From: Fistulifera solaris
Lineage: Eukaryota
Assembly: GCA_030295235.1 (NCBI GenBank)
Contig: AP026140.1
Coordinates: 124,001 to 188,000 of the forward strand
Direction: 5' to 3'
Length of the DNA stretch: 64,000 bases
Shown: positions 13,585 through 25,294 of the stretch, piece after piece
Position numbering within the stretch: the first letter of the stretch is position 1
How the letters are laid out: the number at the start of each line of letters is the position of its first letter
The notes under the pieces: model-generated
Seen by the model: the letters and a program-made list of their open reading frames with translations, nothing else
Database searches by the model: none
What the model was told of the DNA's origin: nothing
Translations under genes and position numbers: made by a program

Positions 13585-14465
13585 CGTAAACAAGGAGAAA
13601 GGAGAGAAAGTTCACAAATCGGAATGCGAGGGAGATAAAACGAAGCGACGTTTTCTTTTCTTTTTGTGTGCGAAACTGCATCGTCGCTAAAACGTTTGCA
13701 CGAAATTCCGACCCCTTTACTCTCCCTTCGAGAGTGTTGTTTACTGTAGGGAACTCCAGTGTAAAGCGCCAAAAGTGCCCTTATGTACGTAAGGCCATTG
13801 TACACACTAGGCCCTACAGAACAATCGTCCACACCCTCATTTAGCTCTGAATCCGTTCATAGTCAAAAAGACAGATCGGCCTAAACAGTATAGAACACGA
13901 CCTCGGACAGGCCAAAATACACGCACAACACGATTTCACTTGCGCAACTTCTCGCGAAATCCGACGATGTTGTGCTTTGACCGCCTCTGGAGGAAAAACA
14001 TCCCTCCACCATGAGGACTTCGAAACAATCGGGTGAATAATTCACTCATTTATGTATTCTAGCATTAAAGGTGTATTAGCATGTATACGAGGCGTCCCCC
14101 ATATTTTACCGACAAGTGACATAATCACTGTGGTCCGATGCATCCATCGACAGAGCCAGAACTGTCAATAAAGGAAAGCAACGGTGCTTCATAAGCGCTA
14201 ATTACCTCACAAACCCAGCCATCTAATCAAGACATATGATTAACATGATGACTCCATGGGGTCGACCTATACATAAGGTCATGATCTCACATTTTCATGT
14301 GGACAATTGTCGACTTCCGACAACGCCGAGATCATCTCCTTGACCACTCAAGCCCAACAGTTAGTAACACATACATAAGGAACATTACTCTTACGATATT
14401 ACCATTGTTTTCCTGTGTATTTCATCGTTTCAGAGGGATTCATCGCGAAACCCCGGTTTTTAACC

Positions 14466-14554
14466 CGAAATAAGGCAGTGGTGTAAAAATTATGACTACA
14501 AGTGTTACATCTACCACGGAGGCTTCCCCGTCTGTACTACACTCGGTTATTTCG
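14466..14554 (-). repeat. 5' LTR (89 bp)
   Basis: Identical to 7826-7914. Followed on the minus strand by GGTTAAAAACCG (PBS-like). Confidence 0.93.
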
Positions 14555-14855
14555 CGGCGGCGGCGGGCCTCACAACAAACAGTGCTGCGCCTCTCCTCTT
14601 TTGACGAGCTGCTGTTTGTTGTTGCGGTTCTCATTTTCACTTCTCTTTGCTGCGCATTTCTCTTCGTTACTTCAGAACACAAGTAAGAAAGGTCCTGGCC
14701 ACGATCCTTTGCTGAACTCATGTTTTGAAGTGTAAAGCGCTTTTAGAAGTTAGAAGAAGAAGAGATCAACGCCGCTTTGCCGTTCCTTATAGCATTTGAT
14801 AGCGAAAAACACATCAATACGCCGTATCTCTCTTTTCAAGCGGTGTGTTTGAAGA

Positions 14856-15545
14856 ATGGCTACAACCAACGGCGCTAAGAACGCGGCAACTCCGTCAACT
14901 GCTAGCTTGGAAGCCCGCTACCCCGTGAACACTTCGTGGGAGTTTGTGCTGCAATCGCAGGAGACCGTTGATGGAATCATCTATTGCACCGATGACCTGT
15001 CACAAACCGTCGTTCTGCAGAGGGCACTGTCTCATACTGTCCTAGCGACGGAAATTAGATTGATTCACGCGGCGCATATTGTTCGAGCCACGCAGCAAAA
15101 GACGGAAGACGCCACGGAAGGCATTCCTCTGTCGGCTCCCTTGCCCAAAATTCAAAAGAAGGTACTCGAGGAACGAGAAAAGAAAGCGCTCAAAATGGCA
15201 GAGGAGAGTCTCCGGCACATTAATGAAAAGGTGTGTATGAATGATCGGGGATTTATGTCGTCGTTCCCTGCAACAATTCTATACTCACTCTTAGTTTTTT
15301 TCTGCTCTTATCCAAATTAGACTACTCCCAAAGGCCAGATTGTGTTTGATAAGCTGCTGAAAGCTTGCAGTGAAGCTGTTTGGAAAGGAGAATCCATCTT
15401 GGTACTTGGTCAAGTGCAAGTCGACCCGCCGTACGGTCCGGAACATTGCAAAATCTTGCAGAAAAATGCCTCGGGAAAGAAATCATTGGACGATGGTAGC
15501 TTGGAACGCATTCAGAAGATTATTGCAGCAATATCTTTATCATGA
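14856..15545 (+). CDS. LSM12-like protein (Sm-like plus anticodon-binding AD domain)
   Basis: Two exons, intron 15231-15320. AD-like motif TPKGQIVFDKLLKAC..WKGESILVLGQVQVDPPY..LERIQKII. Confidence 0.8.
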
Positions 15546-15663
15546 GCGCGAGAGCGATTAACACAGAAGTGTAAAGGTGAAAAAACTCTTCTTTTTTTAA
15601 AAGCATCTAGTCTATTGTTTGATTTCGTTCGTAACAAGATTGGGGCTCAGCATACAGTCACTG

Positions 15664-16646
15664 CTACAGAGCTGCTACCTGCATGCGACTATAGTGCTCC
15701 GTACTGGTCAGGTGCTCAATTAGTACAGCATCGGAAGCGATCCTGGACTGACGATTTTCAGCGTCGTTCTCGTCATGATCGTCGGATATCTCGCTTTCTC
15801 TAGGTGACAAATCAATATTCAATATTGTCAAACTCGAATTGGGAATAGAGAGCGCTGGAACGCCATTCTTTTCTTCAAAGCGTGCCTCGGGGTGTTGTTG
15901 CAGTCTTTGCGTGCCCAGCAATCGTTCCAAAAAGATGCGCAACAACCCAGAATGCGAAATTACCAAAACGTTCAGTACTTTGTCACCATCATCTCGGGTG
16001 TCTTTTTTACCGTTGTCGCTCGTTTCTGGCACTATTACATGCCCACTCTCTTGCACGACATCTTCCATGACTTCGTCCAACCAGTCCGATACCCGACTCC
16101 ATCCTTCCTCGGGTGTCTCGAATCGTGGAATGGGATCCATGATCCCCAAGCGCTCGCGTTCCGAGAAGGCTTCCATTTCCGACAATACCTTAGGTAAACC
16201 TTCTCGAGCACCCCGAGCCAATTCACGCAGTCGCGGATCAAAACGAGTTGGTGGTACCGAAGAACGTTTTTCGATAATCAATTGCGTTGTGTGCTGAGCT
16301 CGCGGAAGATCGGAGGAATAAATTCGCCAAAATGAACGAGGGTGACTTTCGGCGAGTTGTTCACCCAGTGCTTTCGCTTGCTCTATGCCTTTGACAGTGA
16401 GTGGCTGTCGTCGTCCATAAAGAAGACATGATCATGAAAATGAGTGTTAAAAAAGGAGTGTATAGGAGAGTTGTAGACACGTTGATTCATCAAACGCACC
16501 GAATCCGATTGCCCGATAACAATTTTCTGAACATTCGATTCCGTTTCTCCATGCCGGATCAGAAACAGGCGAAGAGATAAGCGACGTTGGGTTTGTTGCT
16601 TTTGCGGTTGAGACGTTGAGGGTTGTGGAACGGCATCGGATGACAT
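15664..16646 (-). CDS. Histidine phosphatase (phosphoglycerate mutase/TIGAR-like)
   Basis: LFLIRHGET motif, RLRELARG, NVLVISHSG. Intron 16499-16405. Frameshift near 16290. Confidence 0.85.
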
Positions 16647-16737
16647 TATAGCAGAAAAGCCGATCAGAAAGAATAATAGCCTACAATAAGGCGCCCAATT
16701 CCGACGAGAAAACACCCTTCCGACTAGCATGTAAAAC

Positions 16738-17206
16738 GACAATCAAGGATGAATGAGTTAAGAATGTAGCTTCAAATGCCAGATGAGAAATATCCTCTTA
16801 AAATGAGAATGAAACTTACATATACCGACGTTCATTTTTGTCGTTTACCAGGTATTATTACTACTAGCCGCCTGCGGCGTCTAGCCCTGCAGGGCTTTTT
16901 TTCGTTCTCGCCCTTCCAGCAAGCGGGGGCTCGATCCCCGGGGATAGCGTCACACCCGGGATTGAACAACCGGGACCGACGTGACACTCACACACACATG
17001 AAAGGACGTTAAAATTCTGCCTCCCAGTACAAGTTTCTACGTAGAGCCTACGGCGAGGCAGAATTTTAACGTCGTTTCACGGACAGCGCGCTATTATAAA
17101 TAGATAAGGTTTACTTCGTATTTTATTGCGCGTCAATGCGTTCACGACTGGCCATGAATTCCCAGTCACGCAAAAAAAGTCATCTACATTCTACGACTAT
17201 AGCGAT
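16738..17206 (+). repeat. Dispersed repeat copy 1, interrupted by a Helitron-like insert; homologous to 18229-18439
   Basis: Shared blocks gacaatcaaggat, gtagcttca, agatgagaaatatcct, cgttcatttttgtcgttt, ttgcgcgtcaatg, ttcacgact and ctacatt..cgactatag. Confidence 0.8.
16864..17104 (-). mobile_element. Probable non-autonomous Helitron (241 bp)
   Basis: Minus strand begins TCTATTTATAATA and ends CTAG, between A and T, with no TSD. GC-rich palindromes near the 3' end (gccctgcagggc 16884-16895; gccgcctgcggc). Absent from the paralogous repeat copy near 18340. Confidence 0.65.
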
Positions 17207-17269
17207 CGTTGGCTTCCAGAGATGTCTCATACTTTCTTATGCTATGATAAAAAAGCACGGTTTCATGAA

Positions 17270-18213
17270 TTATTGAGACGCGCACTTATTTCGTTATAAT
17301 CCCAAACACCGTGTCCACATTTTTTGGAATATGCACAGCATTATTTCGTTGATTTCGTTGAAATTGAGCCATAACAATCAATTCAGAACCGTACAGAATA
17401 TCTGTATGATGCAAAACATTTTCCAGATTTTCTGGAACAGGCACTTCTTTCGCTATGATTCACAACACAGTTTTATAAATTTCTGGAACGCGCACTTTCT
17501 TTCGTCGTGATCCCAAACACCGTGTCCACTTTTTGTGGAATATGCATAGCATTTCGTTGAGGTCGAAAAAATTGGTCCAGAAATTCTGGACCAAAACAGA
17601 ATTCTGTATGATGCAAAACATTTTCCAGAGTTTCTGGAACATGCATTTCTTTCGTTATGATTCACAACACAGTTTTATAAATTTCTGGAACGCCCACTTT
17701 CTTTCGTCGTGATCCCAAACACCGTGTCCACTATTTGTGGAATTTGCACAGCATTTCGTTGAGGTCGAAAAAATCGGTCCAGAAATTCTGGACCAAAACA
17801 GAATTTCTGTATGATGCAAAACATTTTCCAGAATTTCTGGAACAGGCACTTCTTTCGCTATGATTCACAACACAGTTTTATAAATTTCTGGAACGCGCAC
17901 TTTCTTTCGTCATGCTCCCAAACACCGTGTCCACTATTTGTGGAATATGCACAGCATTTCGTTAAGGTCGAAAAAATTGGTCCAGAAAATCTGGACTAAA
18001 ACAGAATTTCTGTATGATGCAAATCATTTTCCAGAATTTCTGGAACAGGCACTTCTTTCGCTATGATTCACAACACAGTTTTATAGATTTCTGGAACGCG
18101 CGCTTTCTTTCGTTATGATCCCAAACACCGTGTCCACTTTTTGTGGAATATGCACAGCATTTCGTTAAGGTAGAAAAAATTGGTCCAGAAATTCTGGACC
18201 ACCACAGAATTTC
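17270..18213 (-). repeat. Tandem array, unit about 202-203 bp, about 4.5 copies
   Basis: gattcacaacacag recurs at about 17457, 17659, 17862 and 18065. Contains TCCAGAAATTCTGGA-type palindromes. Confidence 0.95.
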
Positions 18214-18228
18214 TTAATGATGCAGGGT

Positions 18229-18439
18229 GACAATCAAGGATTAATGGGTCTTTAGAAGGTAGCTTCAGATGCGAGATGAGAAATATCCTTTTACATGTTA
18301 ACGTAGCCATCACTTACTCGTCGTTCATTTTTGTCGTTTGTTTTGCGCGTCAATGGGTTCACGACTCGCCATGGATTCCAAATTCCAAGTCACTAAGGTT
18401 ACAGTAAAAAAGTAATCTACATTCCACGACTATAGTGAT
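18229..18439 (+). repeat. Dispersed repeat copy 2 (uninterrupted)
   Basis: Direct similarity to 16738-16846 plus 17121-17206. Confidence 0.8.
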
Positions 18440-18615
18440 TAAGAAACTGCACTTTTATAGTGGGTGACAGTTATCCCAAGCCCTAAGTATTCATTCGGCT
18501 TTTTGATTATGAAACGCGCTGCGCGCGTTTTTTATTATTGCGAGTTATATTGCGAGCAAAAAGCCATTCTCAACAAATAGAGCTGCGTCGATCATTCCCT
18601 TCCAAACTGGGCAAT

Positions 18616-21600
18616 ATGGTTCGAATTTGCTTGGATGATACAACTTTCGATGATTCGCTCCTCAACAATGCCGAATGGAATGTCATGGAGACACCCAAAC
18701 GGCGCAACATCCTCCGTGAGCATAGCCATGACAAGGAGGAAGACGTAGCCGACGATGAACCTCCTCATCCTTTGGGATTTTTGTCACCCTCCTCGCAAAG
18801 TCGAACTCGTTATTCTATGGAGGAAGACGATGAAGAATCCTTGTTACGCTACAAATTGCGATGGGGATATTTAAATGCCCGCAAGCATCACCAGGATACA
18901 TCACAGTCTACCACATCGCCCGCAACGCAACACTATCCACCGTTGTATTCATATTTAGATGCCGAAACAGCTCCCACTTCGGCATTGTTGCGTTACGATT
19001 ATCAGCAGAAACGCCATCAACAGGATTCCGAAGATCCGATGGAGAAAATTACCATGTTATTGAAAGCATCTTGTGTGATTGTCGATGAAACCACGTTGCT
19101 GTCACCGATTCGACAAATTGCAGCCATTCAACAACAAATGATTCTACCGCAACATGTACAGCAGCAGCGTGATTCTAAAATACAACAACGCGTGGAACGC
19201 TATCGAGCCAAATTTGCGCGCGAGCAGAAGAAGCGGCGCAGGCATTGGCCAGTCTGTTGCAGCGTCAAGAAGCCAAAGCACTCGAGATAGAGGAAGAACA
19301 AAAGCGATCGCAAGAGGAACAGGAGCGACAGCAACAGGCAGAAGAAGACGAAAGAAGGAGTCAGCAAGCAAAAGTGCAAGAGCAAAAGAGGAACAAGCCA
19401 GGGCAGCCCAGGAAGAGGCGAAGCGACAAGAGGAACGACAAAGAGAAGCTTTGATGCAAAAAAGTCAAGAACCCGAGTACGTTGGACGCGCCAGGAAACT
19501 TGTAGCCGAGTTGGTACAGGTAAGAGCATCCGTAGAATCATTTGAAACATCCAAGGCAGTCAGCAAACGGCGACTGGGTGTAAAGAAAATTGCAAATGGA
19601 AAGGTCAATACTTTGACAGAAGATGCAAACAAGGTTCGTAGTGTGGCTGCCGAAGTATCACAAGCTATTTCCGTTGCAAGGGCCGAAGATGCGGAAGCCA
19701 AGCAAAGATATGAGGCACAAGACCCGTCCGTCTCCGTTGAAATGACTCGAGGCAAGCGCTACTTTTTGGATTTTCTATGCAGTAAAGCCATTGTTCGTGC
19801 ACAGGCAGATGGATTCAATGGGTAAGTAGACACGAAATAATTCGAGACGGTCGAGTTTGTCTTGTAACTAAACTTAATTTTGCAGACAACGCGGGGACGG
19901 GTTTCCATTGGCTTGTATGCTGACGCTTGTATCCGTCGACAACAAAGACATCAACCCGATTCTGGCAGCCCATATTTACACTGTATGTCCTGTGGCCATT
20001 CCAGCACTTCCATCCCCCGCGAAAGATGCTTCCGAAGATGAATTCATGGAAAGTCTGGGGATGCTCAGGGAGAAGAATGGAGAATTTGAGACTTTTGAAA
20101 AGTTTCTTTCACGTACAGAGGTAAGTTTCAAATTATTTGTTCGTTCTTATAAAAGCGGCAACTCTCTGACATTGATGTTTACAGGGCATTATATCACTTA
20201 TGGCAGACATAATGTCAGCGCAGCCATCGACACACACGTTAATGGGTGGGAATGAAGGAGCAGTAAAATGGCTGTCTCGATTTTTGAAGTTACTGCCCGA
20301 AGCGCCAACTGCACCCCTCCCACTTCTCACAGCCCCCGTCCTTGATGCATTTTTAGCAGGCGCTGGTCATATGCTGGCAAACATCCACGGGGAACGGTTC
20401 CGACAGTATCTTGACGTTATTTCGAATGATATTCTAAGTCGACTAGATGTTGGGCCGATTGGAAAACCCTCATCAATACGTTTGAAAAAGACAATTGAAG
20501 GAGGATTTGAAAAATTCAAATCAGAACTACCATCCAAAGCTATTGCAGAGCTTTACCTTGCTGGGGGATCTGCAAGTAGCCAAGCATCGCACAGCCCTCC
20601 GAGGCTGTCTGTTTCACAGAAACTTATGGGACATTCTCCTTCTCAGCGACAATCCTCATCTTCATCGTGGGCTTCGCCTTTCGGTCCAGCAAGCGGACAA
20701 TCCTCTCAAAGCTCAAATCCATTTGGAGGCACATCTAGTACCAGTAGCAGCAATAGAGCTTCTCTCGGCGGACTTGGCAGCAACCAATCTCCTTTGGGAT
20801 CCTCGACGAATAGTGTTAATTTACAGAGTCCTTTTGGAGGCCAGTCCAGCAGTAATCAGACCAAGTCGCCTTTTGGACTAGCATCGAATACCAACCAGAG
20901 CCCATTCGGAAGTTCCGCCAACACCAACACCAACCAGTCACCATTTGGAGCACCTAGCTCCCAGCCACCGTTCGCCAGCCCTTTCGGCTCGTCTAGTGGC
21001 AATAACCAATCTACATTTGGAGCGGCTACAAATTCTTTCGGAAATCACCTCTCGCAGCAAGAGTTCGGCATGGAAGAGGATAATGGAGGATCTGCACAAC
21101 AATCAGGCGGAATTTTTGGAGGTTCAGCCACCGCTGCGTCTCCTTTTGGTAGTTCGAGTTCTGCATTTGGCGCTTCCGCAAATGTCACACCATTTGGTCA
21201 ACCGAAAACTGCAAACTCTCCCTTTGGGAATTCGTTTGCTGGGTCATCGCCATTCGGTGGCACAACAGCGGCCCCCTCCATGTCCAACTTGAATTCGAAG
21301 CCCTTTGGCCAGTCATCACCCTTTGGGCAATCGAATTCATCTCCGTTCGGTTCTTCCGGACAATCTGGAGGCGTTTTTGGAGCTGGATCGGCTTCCTCAA
21401 CGCCTTTTGGCTCTACTACGTCATCAAATACCAATCCATTTGGAGCGCCCTCTCAATCTGGGCCTTTTAACAATGCTGGGCCCTTTAACCGACCCACCCA
21501 TCGTAAAGACAATAATGGAGGTAAATCTATTTGCAAATTTTTTGCCCAGGGGCGGTGTCGATTTGGCGACAATTGCCGCTTTTCCCACGACACGGGTGGC

Positions 21601-21722
21601 GGCGGCGGGGAGGAGGCTTTGCTCCAAACAACAATTCTTTCGGCGGAAGTCAGTCGAATGTATTTGGGGGCGGCAACAACTCTTTTCAAGCAAACATGCC
21701 GTTTGGCGGACCGCGTCGATAG
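18616..21722 (+). CDS. GLE1: mRNA export factor GLE1 with a C-terminal FG-repeat region and CCCH zinc finger
   Basis: Coiled-coil, then a Gle1 domain (CPVAIP, FLSRTEGIISLMA, KWLSRFL, LDAFLAGAGHML, GERFRQYL), then many SPFG/TPFG/NPFG repeats and ICKFFAQGRCRFGDNCRFSH. Introns 19822-19885 and 20121-20184. Frameshifts near 19230, 19370 and 21610. Confidence 0.85.
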
Positions 21723-21803
21723 GTATCGAATTAATTAATGACATATTACGGCTACAATACAAAGTCTATTTATACTTTTATCAATATTTGAACACCAGTA
21801 ACG

Positions 21804-24314
21804 CTAAGGCTCACGAACTGGTATAGGTGCAGCAAGCCCGGATAGCTTTTTGAACTGCTGATTAGCTCCGTCGGGATTTTGGATTCCAATCACAGCAATT
21901 TTGATGGTCTTGCCGATGGCTTTACCCAATGAACGTTTCGAAAATTCAAAAAATACGGGGACTTCCTCCTTCTGGGCAAGGTCCAATATTTCTTGCAGTT
22001 TCTCGTCTAATGCACCGTATTCGTCAAGATTGTTGGCCATGACCACCATTCGTACCTTGCGTGCTCGAATTCCACGAGCCACCTCCCGCAACCCCATTAC
22101 GAGACGTCGTTTTGCTTTGGCGTTCTTGTCCTCAGCGGCTCTTTTCTGTAAGCGCATCAATTCGGCCAACATTTCCATCAATAGTGGCTTGACTGTCTCA
22201 TTCTTGGAAAGAATCGCGTAGTGACGAGGTTGTCCGGAGTTTGGTATTTTTGGGACACGCTTACACTCAGCAAATCGTTCGGGAATGCGTTTATCCCCCC
22301 GAAAACATGGGCTCAGTTATGTCGTTCTTCTTGTTGTCACCTAGTTCCACCCCAGAATCATCTAATCCAGAAGCAGCCGTAACCGATACTGTTTGTCCAC
22401 CAATAACCATTCCATGAAATCCTGTCAGGGCCTTTTGTTTCTCTTCCGCGGACGTATAATGAACTAATATTGTCTGCTCTTCAATATTCGCATCCACTTT
22501 CTCCACTACTCCAAATTGTTTGGCCAGTTCCTCAATATCTCCCATACTTTCGTCAAGACAGTCTTCATCTTCCAAGTCTTCCGTCGTCAAGACGTTACGC
22601 AGTACGACTACAAAGTCGTCACTGTGCGATGACGATGGCAACTCGTTGTCCCGTAGCACCTTGGCCAACAATTGATTACCCGATAACGTTACTTGATTTA
22701 GTTGCACGACAATGCGCTTGACGTCGTGCAAATTACCCGTGTATACCAACACCACACGAGGAGGCGATTCCTCTTTTTCAACCCGAAGTGATTCCAAGGG
22801 TCCGTAACTCGTCGCCAGTACACGAATATCATGAACACTTTCCTCCAAACATTCATCATCCTCCAAATCATCATCCGTCAACGCATTCCATAACCCAATT
22901 TCAAGTAGTGTATCCGTTTTCATCGAAGATGCTTGCTTTTCTTGAAAAGCGCGTTCACACTCTAATCGCCAATCGTCCTCCGTTTCGGACAACAAATTGG
23001 ATTTGTCGTCCGACGGCAATAACGCCATCACCTGCAATTCCGCCCCGCCCAAATTGAGTCCATTCCAAGCATGCCGCGCTTCCTCCGCCGACTGCATCGT
23101 TTGAAATTGCACATAGACCGGACTCTCGTCTCGTCGCGGTAACCACACACGCCGCACTGTCCCAATCTTCTCGGCCATTTCCTGAAAGTTCTCACACAAT
23201 TCTTGATACTCATCATCATCGTTGCAGTCATCGTCGGCGGTCAGCCATCCCAACACAGCAAGTGTCGTGAAGGCCGCTTCTTGTTGTGCACTGCCTTGAT
23301 TCTTCTGTCGCCATTGCCGCAATCGTTCTTCTAACACTTTTTTCTTCAACGCCGAAAATTTCTTTCGTCGCGGTCGTATCCTTTGCCGTCCTTTCTGTGT
23401 AACCACCATTTTTCCTTGTTGCATCAGACGTAACAAAGCATGCTCTTGGCCAAGCGGCAAGTCATTGGAATTTGAGTTTGTTGCATTCTTCACATTCACC
23501 GCAGTTTTGGTCGAACTTGTAGCAGTAGGATGCGATTTCTTTGGGTTGGGTGGTGGTATCGGGGCTCTGATTTGCTTATTTGTATCCGATGAAATTAATT
23601 TGGCTTTTGTTCGATTATTGTTGCTATTGTTGTCAAGGGATGGCGGACCGACGGGCTTGAGAGCGGCTATTGTGGTAGGTGTATCTGTGGCAGGCACTCC
23701 GGAAGCGTAAAACGTCGGAGCCGACGCGTTCAACTTGGTGGTGGTGGCGGCTGCTGTAGGTTTTGTGACTACGGAAGGTGCTGTAGTACTATGACTCGAA
23801 GGTGCTTGCAGAGCTGGAAAATCGGTTGCTTTCAATGCACTAAAAGGTTTCGTTACTTGCTTCACCAGCGATGATGGTAATGGTTCATTGAGTGATCGTT
23901 TTTGCTTCTTTTTGACATTCTTCTCCGAAAGAGTACTGTTGTTGCCGCTTTTGTTGTTGTGATTCGGTTTTGTTTGCGACTTTATGTTATCCGTTTGCTT
24001 CTTGTTGTTGTTCTTCGTGTTGTTGTGACAAGCCATTTTCGGATGTTGAGAAGGATTCGTAGGTTTGACATCATCGTTGTTGTTGTGCTTGCTCTCCTGT
24101 GTCGTTGTATTATTGCTCTTACGAAGAAGAACCGGCTTTTGTATTCTCTCATCGGAGCATTTGTGGCGACACGATTCCATCCGCTTCCTTGCGCCCAAGC
24201 GTTCTTGTCTCTGTTGTTAAAATTCGAAACAGTCATGTTCGGTTGTGAATTATTGTGATAACTACTGGAGGACGGCTCTGCGGAAGTCGTCGGTAGTTTC
24301 TGTTGTCGTGACAT
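21804..24314 (-). CDS. SECISBP2: SECIS-binding protein 2 (SBP2)-like with three inserted RRM/UHM domains
   Basis: K-rich motif KKFSALKKKVLEER. LMRLQKRA..KAKRRLVMGLREV and an L7Ae domain at the C-terminus. Frameshifts near 24190 and 22295. Confidence 0.8.
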
Positions 24315-24700
24315 TCTGAAAGTAAGGAATACCTAAGCGAAATCTATAAACAAGTAATGAATTATCATCGTCGACGAATTGAATAATCGCCACTCGTCTG
24401 CTTTGTGATGTGGCTGCGCTCCTTTTGATAAGTCGTCAAAGAACACACCCCACATTTTCTGGACAGGTGAAAAACCGCTCGCCCACATTTTCTGGTGACG
24501 TGGAAAAGCACACGCCCACATTTTCTGGAGAACTGTAGTCTACCTGGTAATTGCGTTGCAGTTGTCTTTCTTTTATTCTTTCAAATGGACCAAGTATCAT
24601 TCGTCGTTTTTATCATTCCCTTTACTCCGCATTATTTTTTAAAAAAAAGAAGACTTCGCTCCCTGTTCATTCATCAACTGATACCATCCATGTCATAATC

Positions 24701-25294
24701 ATGTACAATTCCTCTTCTTCTTCTCGTTTCCCTCGCAAATCTTCTCCGTGCTTCCGGACTGCTTTATTATGTCTATTCCTTTTCTATTCTACGACAACGA
24801 CGAACGCGTACCGCATGGGTGAACCCGTCGACACGGCGTTGGCGTGGGACTCGCAACCCGCATTTTTGGCACAAATGCCCCGATTCGCGATCCAATCCCA
24901 AAGTCAAATACAAGTTCCGTCGTCGGCACAATATGTGACGTTTTCGTTGGAAGATGGATTGTGGGGCTTGCCGGCAGTCAAATTGACCAGTTCATTCGAG
25001 CGACTCGTCGTGCAGTTGGTGTACAGTGCAGGGGCGATTCAAGCCATTCACAGTGAACCTGTGTATCGGAATGAACTAGAGGACGATAGTAAGCCAGCTT
25101 TCTTCACCGTCGAATATAGGTGGATCGAAGAACCGCACGTGACACCCGAAGCCGGTCAAACAATCATGTTTCTCGTTGTAGTTGCGGTATCGGTGTGGAT
25201 TGTATGGACTGTATTGATGTCGACAGATGGTTCTACGTTATCTTCCGAACAAATAGGGCATTCGTCTTTTTCTGCCATTCCCAAGTATGAGTAA
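24701..25294 (+). CDS. Hypothetical single-pass membrane protein with signal peptide
   Basis: Hydrophobic N-terminal segment (ALLCLFLFYS..NA|YRMG) and a C-terminal TM helix (IMFLVVVAVSVWIVWTVL). Confidence 0.6.
   Translation: MYNSSSSSRFPRKSSPCFRTALLCLFLFYSTTTTNAYRMGEPVDTALAWDSQPAFLAQMPRFAIQSQSQIQVPSSAQYVTFSLEDGLWGLPAVKLTSSFERLVVQLVYSAGAIQAIHSEPVYRNELEDDSKPAFFTVEYRWIEEPHVTPEAGQTIMFLVVVAVSVWIVWTVLMSTDGSTLSSEQIGHSSFSAIPKYE

Larger units (their letters stand above)
7826..14554 (-). mobile_element. Full-length Ty1/copia LTR retrotransposon (CoDi-like)
   Basis: Identical direct repeats at both ends and a flanking CGGC duplication. Minus-strand order is gag, integrase, RT, RNase H. Confidence 0.95.
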
